Shown in pieces: positions 18,017 through 31,896 of a stretch of DNA of 64,000 nt (positions within the stretch are counted from its first letter, which is position 1; each line of letters begins with the position of its first letter). The stretch lies in NCBI RefSeq assembly GCF_009914755.1, contig NC_060927.1; one strand, given 5' to 3'. The notes below the pieces were generated by a model. The model did not search any database and had not been told where the DNA came from. It saw only the letters and a list, made by a program, of their open reading frames with translations. A program made the position numbers and the translations under genes. The DNA is from the human T2T-CHM13v2.0 reference genome, Homo sapiens.

Positions 18017-19936
18017 AAGTAACTTGTTCAAAGCCCCAGTTGGGATTGATGGAGCCGGGACATGCACCAAGGCTTTTGCTCTCAGGCTCACAGAGTCCTT
18101 GGGCCACGAATGTTGAAGCCCTACCTGAGATTTCTACTGAGATCAGTGTAGGGATTCAATGTCTCAGAATCATCCCATCCTCCAGGGCCCACAAGTCCAT
18201 GACCTTTGCCTCTACCCCCGACCCTGCTGACCTGAAATGTGGCCCCTGCTTTCATTTCTGGGAGCATACAACACTTACACCAAGCATTTATGGGTTTTAT
18301 TGACTTCATTTGAGATGTGGGGCCATGGAGAGGGTCCCATGATCCTTGCTTGGTGTTGGCCAACTCATTGAATTCTCTCTTTGACTTCACCCTTCCCTTT
18401 TCTACTCACCTCCTCTGTCATGGATTGCTCTGGGAATTCTGAGCCCTAGTTCCTTTATTTTGCAGATAACCTTCACTCTTCTCTGCAACGAATCCCAAAA
18501 GTATGTAGTTGAGCTGACTGCAAGGTGCTTGAGATGCCAGAGACTCCACAAATGGGATTTGGCCTCTGGAAAGTGGTGGTAGTTCCAGATTTATGTGGAT
18601 GTTACTTTGTTTTTCCCTATAAAATATATTCTTTAAATTATCAAGCTCTTGGCTCCTGGATGCAGTCCTTTGCTGGTGGCAGTGGGCTGGGTACTGTCAC
18701 CGGGGAGAAATGCTGCCCACTTAGAGAAAGAGAAACTGGTTCTCTTTAAGAGGCAGAGGGAGGTTTCCAGTGCCAGTTTGTTTGGAGGCAAAATGGCTGT
18801 TGTATTAAAATTGCCCAAACTTGGGCTGGTGCCTTGTGTGTTTAGAGCTCAAAGCCATGATTGTTTTCATTTTCTTTTTCTTTTTTTTTTTTTTGGTGGT
18901 CGGTTTTCCAACCTTTTGCTTGGTAGGTTTCTGCTAATAGCTTCGACCTCAAGAGTCCCATTATACAGACACTAATAGTACCTACTATGTGTCAGTCTGT
19001 AGTGCCTACTATGTTCCAGGCATTGGAGATAATATAATGATGAACAAATAAACATGGCACTTGGAAAAGAGAGTCTAGTTCCCACTCTCAGCCCACCCCA
19101 AAGAGAGGCGAGAATTTGGCTTCCAAAGATCTCAGATGCCCTTGCATCGTCTCCATGAAGAGGGCGGGTGAAGCCTTGGTGTCTGAAGATAATTTGGCTG
19201 GACAATCCCCAAGGTTTGGAACGATGGGAAGGAGCTGCCATCTGTGTTTAAGGTGAGAAGCGGGGAGTGGCTGGATATCAGAGGAAGCCAAGATGAAGAG
19301 AAGGTTTTTGTGAGCTCCTATGCATAGTGGAGACCTGTTACAGTGAGGGTCCCTGGGGCTGAGCCTGTGGGTCAGTGGAATGATGCTGTGAGGAGGGTCT
19401 TGTTATAGCAGATGGCCCAAAAAAGGCTGATGGATCATGAGCAGCTGGAATAATGGAGAGTTCGGAGGAAGTAGTTCCTACCTGGCTTTCCAACAGTGTG
19501 TAAGCCCAGAATTCTTACATAAGCCCATGGAGAAGGGAAAGGAATGCTGGTAACGACAAGATTGAATTCTCCACCTGCCAGGCATCCAGGGACTCAGAGC
19601 AGATTTAACTGAAATTACAGAAATAGGAATGTGACATTTCCTACATCCGGGTGCGCTGGAGCAAATGTATTCCCTCTCTGGTTTGTGGGGAAGGAGAATG
19701 CTAACAGACAAGACTCCAGGTTTTCGCTCTTAAACCTGGTGCCTAGAAATGCATTTTCTACTGGATGCAGACAGAAGCTCCATATAGACATATCCATCGC
19801 TGCATCTCTCATGCCTTGTGTTCTCCCTAATTTTCCCTTTTTAAACCACAGAGGAAGAAAATTCCAGCATCACTTCTGGCCTCTCAAGAGTGAGTTAGGT
19901 GGCCAGGTGGGGTTATTCATGCCTGTAATCTCATAA

Positions 19937-20834
19937 TGAAGGGATGGCCTGCCCCTCCACACCTGTGGGTATTTCTAGTCAGGTGGGATGAGAGACAAAA
20001 AAGAAATAAGACACAAAGTATAGAGAAACAACAGTGAGCCCAGGGGACCGGCGCTCAGCATACCAAGGACCTGCACTGGCACCGGTCTCTGAGTTCCCTC
20101 AGTTTTTATTGATTATCATCTTCATTACTTCAGCAAAAAGGAACGTAGTAAGAGGGCAGGGTGATAATAAGGAGAAGGTCAGCAACAAACATGTGACTAA
20201 TAGAATCTATGTCATAATGAAGTTCAAGGGAAGGTACTATGACTGGACATGCACGTAAGCCAGATTTATGTTTCTCTCCACTCAAACATCTCAGTGGAGT
20301 AAAGAATAACAAGGCAGCATTGCTGCAAACATGTCTCACCTCCCACCATAGGGCGGTTTTTCTCCCATCTCAGAATTGAACAAATGTACAATCGGGTTTT
20401 ATACCGAGACATTCAGTTCCCAGGGGCAGGCAGGAGACAGTGGCCTTCCTCTAACTCAACTGCAAGAGGCTTTCCGCTTTGACTAGTCCACCTCAGCACA
20501 GACCCTTTATGGGTGTCGGGCTGGGGGACCGTCAGGTCTTTCTCATCCCACGAGGCCACTTTTCAGACTATCACATGGGGAGAAACCTTGGACAATACCC
20601 AGCTTTCAAGGACAGGACTCCCTGCGGCTTTCCACAGTGCATTGTGCCCCTGGTTTATTGAGACTAGAGAATGGGGATGACTTTTACCAAGTATATTGCT
20701 TGCAAACATTTTGTTAACAAGGCACGTCCTGCACAGCCCTACATCCCTTAAACCTTGATTTCATACAACACATGTTTTTTGAGCTCCAGGTTGGGTCAAA
20801 GTGGTTGGGGCAAAGTGGCTGGGGCAAAGCTACA
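19937..20834 (-). mobile_element. HERV-K(HML-2) LTR5A-like LTR, 5'-truncated
   Basis: Intact 3' end (...CCCTTCA on minus). It begins at the internal TGTAGCTTTGCCCCAGCCAC and lacks the TGTAGGGAAAAG start. AATAAA at 20105-20110 and 20654-20659 (minus). Confidence 0.85.
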
Positions 20835-23029
20835 GCCAATTCAAGCCAGCAATAAGGACCTTCAAAATGACCAAAATATGACTTGGTCCTTACCGTTGCT
20901 TTTACAACCTCAAAATCCTGCTCAGGTCACCTGCAAGGCACTCAGATTGTTAATCCATCAACTGCTCATAGAGATGACTCCAAACCACACAAACCCAAAC
21001 TATCTGCATTTTTTAATCAATTCAGTTAAGCCTTATGGGCAAAACTTCAGAATTCAAGTAAAACAGAAGGTCTGTCTGAACATTTTCTTCAGTCAGCTGA
21101 AATTGGATGGAGGTTTCGTTGTGGTCCCTCAAGGAATAAACCATTATTTGACCCTTTCTCTTCCAGGTGAATTCTTACCCATTCCTAAGGTATAAGTCCT
21201 GTGTCACCTCCTCTCCTGAGAAGCTTTTTCTGTTGACCCCACCCAACTGTCCCTTCAGTCTCCTTGTAGTATTTGGAGGATACAAATCAGCACATATCAT
21301 AGTGAAATGTGGTTTTACACATCAGAATCTCCTGCTATATTGTGAGGTTCATGGAGACAAAGACAATGTCTCATTTCTTTATTGCTGCATTTCTAGCCCC
21401 AAACACAGCATCTGATATCATACAATAGACATCCAACCAGGATTTGAAGAATGACTTACTGAATTATATTAATAAATATAACCTTTTCATCTAGGTGTTA
21501 GATTAGGAAGGGAATGGTAGATATCATGCCTTTTGCCAAGTTGATTAAATATTAATTGGAAAGTACTGCACGTCACATGAGCTTTAATCAAAAGACAATC
21601 TACATTTGTAACATCTAACTTTGACTTAATTAGGTTGATAACTACATATGCTATTCAGGACAGTAAAAAGACATGAGAAAATGAGAAGAACTATGGATCT
21701 AGAATGAAAGGGCGTGTATTTGAGTCCTAGTTCTGCTTCCAGCCTGTTGTGTGAGCTAAGACAAAAGCACAAGATCACAAGATGCCATGAATCACAATTT
21801 TCACCATTTATAAATGTGAATCTAGATAATACTGACTCTAGTCATCTCATAGGATTGTTGTATTGAATGTATAAGATGCTGTATTGGAAATAATTCACAA
21901 AGTATATGGATTGAACAAATGAGGTGTTTTATACTTAGCAATAGATAACAAGAAAAGCATAGGTTCTGGCATCAGATAGACAGTTTTGGACACATCTCCA
22001 ACCCTCTCCAACCTTAACAAGTCACTTACTCTCTCTGAGTTTCTACTTTTGCATCTATAGAACGAAAGTATTAACACATACTAGCAGGGTTGTGATGAAG
22101 ATTAAATGTGATAATACATACAAAATGCCTAATGCAGGGCTTCACACACAGTAGATGCTAAATAAATGTCTGTTTTCCTCCGTTCTTCCTAGTCTATTTG
22201 TATTTTTAGCTTCAATGTGTGGTGTTTAAGCTTCATCTGGAAAATGCGATCCTAAAATATCTACTGTACTATATTGCAATATATAGTGCTATCAGTTGTG
22301 AATAATTGGTTGTTGTGTTTATTAGAAAATAGTTGATATATACAAAACAAATGTTCTTGATAAAAGCAGAGACATCAAGGAAAATTTTATTTTTTAACAA
22401 AACTAAAAATAAACCCACTCGGCATGACTACTATTTAAAAAAAAAAAAAAGGAAAATAGCAAGTGTTGGCAAGGATGTGGAGAAATTGGAACCTTTGTCC
22501 ACTGTTGGTGGGAATGTAAAATGGTGTAGCTGCTGTGGAAAACAGTATTTCTAATTCAAATATTAAGCTCTATAATGTTTAAAAATTGGTCTCTCATCTA
22601 CTCACAGTATTTGCTTAAAGCTATAAATAATAGCTATGATTTAATGGAAAGACTAACACCACTAAAAGGTTTTCAAATGCTTGGCTATTTTATGACAAAT
22701 GGGAATAATAATAATAACATATATACATATATACACATAATAATAATATGTATATATGTTATTATTATATTTATATATGTTATTACATATATATATATAG
22801 AGAGAGAGAGGAAACTAAGAATGTTTAGCCCTGTGTCTGGCATATATAAAACTGTCAACAAATGTTAGATGTTTTTGTTACTATAAAGTTATGTAAATAT
22901 TTTTTGTGACCTTAGAAAATCTGACTTTGTTCCATAAGTAAGGTTTTGCTGTGTAACCAATGCGTAAGTTATTATTTAACCACACATTCATAACATATAT
23001 ATTTTTTAAATATCTAGAATTTGGGAGTC

Positions 23030-23590
23030 TGACAGATTGCATTTTCCAAAGCCAGAAAACAATATCTCCCATTCCACATGCTCTGTGACCATGCCCCTCC
23101 TCCATGCTGGGGAGGAGTCAAAGTCTCCTCCTCTTGAATCTGGTCTGGACTTAGTGACTGGCTTGCAACCAACAGCATGAGAAAGCCATGTTACAGCCTG
23201 ACTTCTGAGGCTGGGTCATGAGCCTTGCAGCTTCAGCCTTGGCCTCTTGGAGCACTCACTCTCAGGACAGACCCTCCCTGCTGGAGTACTTCCTGTCGGT
23301 TCCAGCTCCACCTGTCCTTGTGCAGTTCCAGCTAAGACGCCAGAGCAGCAGACATGTGAGAAGGGGCAGTGGGTCCTCCAACTCCTGCTTCTAGAGCCCA
23401 GACGGTCTAGTCTGAGACTAGTCAACCCAGCTGAGACCCCAGGCATGGAAGAAAGAGGCCCCTCTTTTGCTTCTTTTTCAGTGTCCCTACCCACGGAGTC
23501 TGTGAACATAATAAAATGATTATTTTACACAACTAAGTTGTGAGAGCTGTGGGGGACAGTGGGACTGTAAGTTATGGGTAACTGGAACAA
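23030..23590. mobile_element. MLT1-type (MaLR) LTR remnant
   Basis: CTTGAATCTGG..GACTTAGTGACT and CTTCTGAGGCTGGGTCAT motifs. Confidence 0.55.
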
Positions 23591-26240
23591 TGATTTAGTT
23601 ATTTGTTCTTGTACACTTTCAACTTGAACTTCCAAATTTATGGGCCCCATTCTGAAACTGGTCTACATCTGCACAGAGATGTCTCTGCTGTTGAGTAGAC
23701 CAATCTGACCAGCTTTTCAAGCCAACAACATTAAAAGCCATTCAGAGGACAACACATTGTGAAGTCGCCTTCTCTTGTGAGAAATGCATTAAAAAGAAAC
23801 TAAGACCTACTAGAGTTGTTCTGTCAAATACAGGGGCTATTGAGCACTTGAAATGTGTCTGGTCCAAACTGAGATGTGCCTTCAGTGTAAAGTAACATTT
23901 AGAAGATAGTGTATAGAAAGAGTAAGATGTCTTATTAATTTTTATATTAATTACTAATGAAATGATAATATTTTAGATATATTGAGATAAATAAAATATA
24001 TTATTAAAATTAACTTCACCTGTTTCTTTTTACTTTCTTTAAGATAGCTGCTATAAAATTTAAAATTATAAATGTCACTTGCACTATATTTCTAGCCCTG
24101 TACTAAAGGGTCTTTACAAAATATCTTGGTTTTATAATGTTGGCACAGTAAAGAAGGGGGACAAAACCATCTTTCACTCCAGACAGACAAGAATTTGCTT
24201 TATCCTGTTTGTCTGAAATTGGAGTCAATGGTCCTAATGGGTGGGATAGACCTTATGTCATTCTCCTAACATTGACTGGGCTCATTGAACCACAGACCAG
24301 GCAGAAAAAATAAAATAACACTTAAAGGACATTTTAAAACATAATAAAAATGGGAAGGAATATTTTCATTATTTCTAAATAAAATAGCAAAAATCCATCA
24401 ATCATGTTCCTGAATGAATTTCTAACACCTAAGACTGTGCTTACTGAGGAAAAATAAATAGAAAAGTTGAGCAATTATCTTGTAAACGTAAAGAAATGTG
24501 ACTCCATCTCAAAACAAAAAACAAAAAAACAAGAAATAGATGAGCTTACATGGGTCTCAGCAGCTACATTTTCCTCTGATTTCTGCTTATTTTCCAACAC
24601 CCTAAATGTTCAGAATAATAAAACAATGTGCCACTCTAAGTGGAGCAATGACAACATAGATACCAATGGTTCAGAAAGCATGGTCAAAGGGCCCCTCGTG
24701 TTTCCAAGATCCTTTTGGGAGGGTCACAAAGTTAAAGTTATTTTTCCAATTACACCAAAATGTCTTTTTTTTTTTTTTTCATTCTTATTCTCTCCCAAGT
24801 TGTGGTAAAGTTATCAAGAAGCCACATGGCAAGTGACATCACCACAGACTGAATACAGAGACAGATTGGAAATCCAGCTGCCTTCCAGTAAGCTAAATAT
24901 GCTAAACAATGCTACTTTCTCACTAATATTTTTTGTTTGGGAAAATACAGTTATTTTTCATAAAGAAATATGTCATGAATGTTAACTTTAGTGAGTTTAT
25001 TGTTGTTATTTTGAAATAAGATAAACAATTTTTAATATTCTTAGTTCTAATTTCTAATTTGGTAAATAATAATACATGGAAACCACATAAACAAAAGCTC
25101 TTCAAGGTTCCCAATAATCTTTTAAGAGTGTAAAGGTTGAGAGGTGCAGGAAATTGAGAGATTTTGGTTAAAAGGTACAATCTTTCAGTTATAAGTGAGT
25201 AAGTTCGGGAGTTCTAATGTACAAGATGGTAATTATAGTTAATAGCACTATATAATATACTAGAAATTTGCTAAAAGAGTAGATGTTAAATGTTCTCGCC
25301 ACATACAAAAAAATGGTAACTATATGAGGTGATGGACATATTAACTGACTTGATTCTAGTATCATTTCACAATGTATACATATATATCAACTCATTATAT
25401 TGTACATCTCAAATTATACAATTCTATTTGTCAATTATACCCCAATAAAGTTGGGGTGGGGGGAAGAATATAATGTTATCCTTAGGCCAAAATGTTTGAG
25501 AACCAGTGGTATATACATGAATCAACCTTAAAATAGGCACCAGTGGGGCAAAGTGGTTTTCCATAATTTAAAATTAACTAAAAACCATGGGATTTAAAAA
25601 TCCTTCTGGCATTTGTATTATGTAATAAAGATGGTCCCTATCACATCCCAGTCCCCTAGCTCACAATTCTCTCTATAATATACATTTTCTCCACAGACAA
25701 TGACATGACTAATAGATAACTTCTGTTTGCCCAGCATATCCCCAGGGGTGTGTCCAGAGTTATGTGCAAGCCATTGGTGGCTAACTATAACTCCCACATT
25801 CTCAGCCACATAGGGAAGCATCTGAATGACCTGTAGTAAGAATAGTCTTAGATTCTCTTCAGTTATTTTGTTAACCATTTACAAATATAGATAGCTTAGT
25901 AATAGTAACAAATTGTCTGCAATTTAGCTCATGATTAACAACTACTTTGACATCCCTGCACACTAGACACAGACCACATTTTCAGTTAGTTCAAATTCAC
26001 TGATTAAAAAATAAAACAGCCATAATGAATCATTAATGCATTCCAGAAACTGTATCTTTAAAAAGCAGATCTGCCTGGCATTTATTATAATAAATGTCTA
26101 TTTTATATATACATTTTTGACCTACTTTAAGTGGCATAGATGAGAAAAACTTTCATGACTTAGGTGCAATTAAATATTGCTAACATTTGATCCATTTTGC
26201 CATGTTCTTTTAAAGTAAAGAAATAACATTCAGTACTTAC

Positions 26241-26294
26241 ATATCTGCCTTCCTCACCAGGATGACCGGGTAACCCATCAAAACCCTTCTCTCC
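26241..26294 (-). pseudogene. COL6A4P1: 54-bp triple-helix exon (GEKGFDGLPGHPGEEGRY); last collagen exon seen
   Basis: Classic 54-nt phase-0 collagen exon, ctcag acceptor, GTAAGT donor. Confidence 0.9.
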
Positions 26295-27870
26295 CTGAGA
26301 AGACAAGAAATCAAAATAAATAACTTGGCCTCTAAATTATTTATTTCTCAAATCTATATGAAATAAAAATTATTACTAATAGATACCCTTGTCTCACGGA
26401 GTTGTCATTTTATGGAGAATGTACTGAATATCAGGCACAATGTGCAGAGATGTACAGAAACAAATATTCTTGTCCAGTGTTACAGTGAAAACATGCATAC
26501 CTGTTTGTCTTAATAGTATATCAAACTATTCTTATTTTCCAAAATACCTTCTTAAGTCATTCTCTTGTAAAAATCCAAATCAAGACTAGTTTCTAGTTAA
26601 AAGCTTAAGGAAAACTGTTACTCTTAAAGAAGCTTTCAACCTTGTTTTACAAAACATCAGTAAGCAAAGCTCTTCCTGCCTATCTTATTCATGAGAAATG
26701 GTTGTTTATTTCTGTATGACTCAACTGTCCAGTTTTGTTTTGTCCTTTTACTACTTCTTACACACCGAAACACACAAACCATTTCCTCTCAAGGAAGTTT
26801 GGCTTGCCATGTTATAGTCAGATGTGTTTATTTAGTCTAAAAGCTGGTCAGTAAGACTTGGAAGGCATATTTTATTTGTGATCAACAAAGATATAAAAGT
26901 CATTATGACCATCTACTGAATTCTTGCAAACAGAAACAGCAGAGAAGTCAAAAATTTAAAATACTCCCATCTTTGGCCTTAGAGGCACCGGCACAAGCTG
27001 CAAAGAAACGTATCAAGAAGCTCCTAAACCTGATTTGCTGATTCTCCAATCTGTTAATGAATAACAACATGACAGGGAAAAGTCTAATGCTAAGGCATGA
27101 TTACAATTTATTTTTCAAACAGTAATTATAAACTTTATACTATTCTAAATTTAAAAGATTGATCTGCAAAGCCCTGAAGAGCTCATTCCAACAACCTCAT
27201 GGAAAATCTTCCAAAGAGAACATGTAAAAAGATGACACAAAGCCAGCGGGTGTAATTTAACCTTACCTGTGTGTCTGTGATTATACCCTCATTATAAAGC
27301 TTCAATCCCTGTGATAATGGAACCTTGCCAGCCCTGAATATCTGAGGACCATTTCTAATGAGATACTCTCCCTTAGAAGTGTTAGGTAGTAATTTTCCTA
27401 TTGGTTAACCTAGAATTAACAGAGATGCAACTCTTTTCTCAGAGTTTGATGCTGTAGAAAAGAATGTTAGATGGGAGAGAGGCATTTACTACTATAAAGA
27501 AAGCAGATGTTGGACAAGTGAAAATACGGTAGATAAGTGAAAACTTCTGTGCAGTGGCAGAATTTGTGACATTATTTGTCAAATGAGCACAAGAAGGTAG
27601 CATAATATGGTGGAAATCATGTGGGACTTAGAGTTAGGGAGACATAGGGGCTTAACTCCCAAATGCATCTTCATAATGATGCAATTTTGGGAAAGTGATG
27701 TCACCTCTCTGAGCCTCAATTTCACACATGTAAAATAACATCTACAGAAAGTGTTTGTTAGGGGGGTAAAATTAGAAAATGCTGTTAAATACATAACACA
27801 GTCTGGTATGTAGCGGGTACTGAAATATCGTCTCTCTCCTTCCCCCTATCCACACCTGACAAATTCTTAC

Positions 27871-27963
27871 CTTCCTCCCAGAACTCCCATAATCACCTCT
27901 GTACCCATCTTCTCCAAAACACTTTGCATATATATTGCAGCATGTTCTTTCCACAATTGTATC
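27871..27963 (-). pseudogene. COL6A4P1: Junction exon (93 nt; DTIVERTCCNIYAKCF-GEDGYRGDYGSSGRK)
   Basis: Cys cluster followed by 5 Gly-X-Y triplets; canonical splice sites. Confidence 0.88.
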
Positions 27964-28114
27964 CTGAAAAACAGATCCATATCACATACGATTTTCTCAT
28001 CTGTGTTAGTCTATATCACATTACACACTAAGAAGACAAAATTCTCTCAATGTTTTTAAAATTATTATAATTAATAGAACTCAGCAAAGGATGGCATTTT
28101 TAAAAAGTACTTAC

Positions 28115-28260
28115 AAGTTGCTTCAGTAAGACGCTTGGGAGGGATCGCAGTTTGATGCTCAGAGGTTGCTTATATGCAAACCCTCTGCCAAATTCCAGCT
28201 CCTGGAGCTCTTCTAATTTATGGACAACTTCCAGGCCAATGATTAGGAGTCCAGAGAATC
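28115..28260 (-). pseudogene. COL6A4P1: VWA N1 exon c (146 nt; GFSGLLIIGLEVVHKLEELQELEFGRGFAYKQPLSIKLRSLPSVLLKQL)
   Basis: Hand translation; EFGRGF motif typical of collagen VI long chains; GTAAGT donor. Confidence 0.85.
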
Positions 28261-30234
28261 CTTCACAATTTCAACAGGTGGGAGATTACTTTCATGTCTT
28301 TTGAATGGTCTTTGTCTCAGCCCCACATATTCATCCATCATTCCACCATTACCATAGCCTTCACCTGTCTTGTCTCAAACTGCATTTTGTTACAATTAAA
28401 ACTAGTTTGTGGCATGCCTTCTTGAAGAATTTGTCTGATACCTTTCAATCCCACCAGCTGAAAGTTGAACAGAACCACAAAGGACTCTCATAGCTCTCTT
28501 ATAGCCCCCATTTTGTCATTTCACAGACGGTTTTCAGCCCTCGTTGTATTAAATTAGATCCTTCTAAGCCTATCCCTGAAGTTGACTTTTGGTTTACACT
28601 TAGGAATTGTGGCAGTCACTGTGGCTGTTCACAGATGTTCTGGCTCCCCTTCTTAAGGGCACATGATAGGATCGCATGTCTTCAGTCAGGTTATAAACAC
28701 TCATTGAGGCTCAATTCCTTACCTGTAAAGTATTATCTATCTCATGAAAGTTAGAAGTGACCATATGGCTTGCTCTAGCTAATTAAATGTGAGCAGAAGT
28801 GACATGTGTTAATCCCCAGGAGAAATTTTAAGAGTAGTGCACAATTTGCCCCATTTCCTTTCCCTTGCCACAGCAATTACAAAAACAGCTGTTGGGATAG
28901 ACCCTCCTTCAGCCTGGGTTCTTGAATGGTGAGCAGGAGGCAAAGATGAATCACTTCTTGCTACTTTAAGTCACTGAGGTTTGGAGGTTGTTATTGCTGC
29001 ATAATCTAGCCTATCCTACCAACGCAGGCATTAAGAGATCATCTGGATTTGTCCACAGAACAAAAATACAAATGAACAAGGGTATTTTGGTAATTCAACT
29101 AGAAATCACCTTGTTTGTCGAATTTCAAAACAAATATTACTGTTAATAGTTTGAACAGTAAATTCTTGGCACATACATGCCAATCAGCTTTTTGCTATGG
29201 TAAACAAGCTGCTTGAGAACTGTGTGGTTAAAAGTTGTGTACATATTCTTAATTATTCCTTAAAACTAAATTCTTTGAAATGGAATTTCTGATCTAGCAT
29301 AGCATGTAAGCCAAGTTTAGTCTCTTGTTACATACTCTCAAATCCCCTCCAGAAAACATGCAAGAATTTAAACTTCCAGTGGCGATCTATGTAGTGAATT
29401 AAGATGGGAGTAAGGTGTCATAAAAAGATATTCTAGCACATGATTAACCAATGGAAAACATTGTCCCCAGCAAAATATGTTGAATAGACTCGACTGAAGA
29501 GGAAAAGAGGTGAAAGGAACTTGAGCAAGTCAAGTTGCTGGTTGTGCATCCTCAGGTTGCTTTTGAGCCTTTACATGGCACAAAGTGGGAATGGTGAGAG
29601 TCATAGTGTACAGTTGAACAAGTTGTGCTGCACAAGAACACCCATCTGAGAGAGCTAATGCACGGCCAAATCCAGCCAGCATACCCCTCACCACCCAGGA
29701 GCCCAATACACTTGCATCCATGCAGTGTATTGGATGTCCTTCTCTAATTGCACAAAGATGCCATATAGACTAGCAGCAGGAGCTTTTGAAGATGGAGAAG
29801 GAGGAAGAATTAAGAGCAAAGAGGGCAGAATTACAATGCAAAGAGCAGAGCCCAGCTTTAGACTGACTCCAGAGTTTAGGAGAAAACGACATATGGACCC
29901 CAGATTGGGCTAAAAGAACAAACAGCCCCTCTCACCATTTAAGTAGGAGTTGTACCTTCAACCTCCAACCCTCAAAAGCTAGTCCTGTCTGAGTCAGAAG
30001 ACCCCGGTCAGTGTCAGGGACATTGTTGAAGAAGGCAGGGAGTTTCAGCCCCAAAACATCCTCTGGCTCATACAAAGAATGAGACTGGGCATCAGCCTCA
30101 TGAGCACTGAGCCCCACGCACTGGGTGAACACACAGGAAGCTTCATAGAGTCCAGTGCCATCTGGAGAGCTGAGTGCCTCAGTTCCAGTGGGAGGAGGGA
30201 GGGAGGCCCACACTGGGCAACCCTATGCACTTAC

Positions 30235-30313
30235 CTCTGCTGTGGAGAAACTCCGATGTTTTTTTCAGTCTTTTTAAATCATCATCCAGTCCATCTGTAA
30301 ACACTAAAAGGAC
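30235..30313 (-). pseudogene. COL6A4P1: VWA N1 exon b (79 nt; VLLVFTDGLDDDLKRLKKTSEFLHSR)
   Basis: acag acceptor, AGAG|GTAAG donor; phase 0 to 1. Confidence 0.85.
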
Positions 30314-30339
30314 CTGTTGTTTATGAGAAAGGGGGTTGG

Positions 30340-30530
30340 CAGAACCAGACAGGGAGGGAGGGAGAAAAGAGAAGTAGGAAGGAGGGAGGGTGGGGAAGGA
30401 AGAGAAAAGGAAGGTGATAAGACAGTGAGAGCGGGGAGGAAAAGGGAAAGGAGGGAAGAGGAGGGAAGGGAAGGAGGAAAGGGAAGGAGGCAGGAAGAAG
30501 GGAGGGAACAGAGGGGAAGGGGAGAAGGAA
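30340..30530. repeat. GA-rich low-complexity tract
   Basis: Nearly pure purine on the plus strand. Confidence 0.9.
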
Positions 30531-31561
30531 TGCATAAAATGGATATTATAAATTGTACATTTCCTTAAAATTCAAGAGTGAGTTTTTCTGGTTATGCCTA
30601 GCCTTTCACCCTGTTCCTTTTTACTTATTCTTTTATTACGCATTCATCTTTATTTCAACTTCCCCATCCCCCTGGGAAAAAAAAAGAGGATTTGAATCGG
30701 CTGAACTTATTTAAAAATACCTTCCAAAAATGCTTATAATATTTATCCTTATCAACAAAAAATACCAAAATATTAACAGAGAGGTGTGTGTGCATGTGTG
30801 GTGTATGCAGTGTGGGCAGGGATGGAGGGGAGGAGATGTGGGGGTGGTTGTTGCTAATTTCTGTTATACTTTGTAATGTATTTTCTACAATTGAAATGTG
30901 TTTATTTGCTCATAAGAAATTTTTAATTTAAAACAGGAATAAAAAATAAAACATGGATGATATTAGTCAAAAAATACATCCATTGGATGCATAACAACGT
31001 AAATGTAAGTTATGAAGTTTGGGGATGTCATTTCCTATTATGTGATGTGATAAACATCACTTAAAAGCTTTCCATCTCTGTGGGCTTTTGTGAGTATATA
31101 GTTCAGAGACAGCAGAAGGGAGGGAGAGGCTTGAGGGGTGAGCTGTACTAAATAGCTCTCACTAAAGACAGTTCAAGATGCTGACTGGAAAAATAGCAAG
31201 CCTACTCTAAATGGTAATGAGTGACCATAAAAAGCTAAGGAGTCTTAAAACACCTTCCAAGTTGTCTTGGAAATGAATTTATGTTATGGAAGAATATGAA
31301 TCACTAAACTGTGGGCAATTTGAGAGCAGGGACTTTATTCTTATATTCCTACTAGCATTATTGAGCATAGAACATCTAGGGCTTAAAAAATATTTGTTGT
31401 TGAATGAAAACACATCTCTTGTTGGTTTTATTGTGTAACAGGATGGCTTTCCTCTGTGTAAGATCACCAATTAAGAACAATTTAGTTGGCCTCAGTCACA
31501 AAGCCTTATCCATTCTACCCTACCTGATGGCTCCATAGCAAGGGTTCTCAGCATTTATTAC

Positions 31562-31896
31562 CTTTACATTAGCAGAAGAGAGATGAATAGCATTATCTCC
31601 CAAGGACTGCAAAAAGTTCACATCCATATTGTTATTCCTGGCAGCCTGATGAACCAAGAACTTCTGGATGATCTCATAACTGTATTTTTCAAAGCCTGAG
31701 TCAAAGGTAAGCTGGCCATTTGAGCCAGGCACCAAGTAGCGGAATCTTGGGTCGATCTGATCAGAAATGCCACGGCTGATGTTAGAAAGTAAAGCCAACT
31801 GTTGCATCAGCTCTGGCAGTAACCCTTGAAGCTTCTGCTGAATTTTCTTTGAAGGAGTTGAGATATCAATTCCTACAGACAAATCCAGGTTGCATC
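31562..31896 (-). pseudogene. COL6A4P1: VWA N1 exon a (335 nt)
   Basis: GCNLDLSVGIDIS...SSANVK within ORF 31520..31939; phase 1 to 0. Confidence 0.85.

Noticed and set aside
20835-26240. Further triple-helix exons
   Set aside because: Manual scan found no Gly-X-Y exon with splice sites; mostly MIR, MLT, MER and L1 debris. A very degenerate exon could have been missed.
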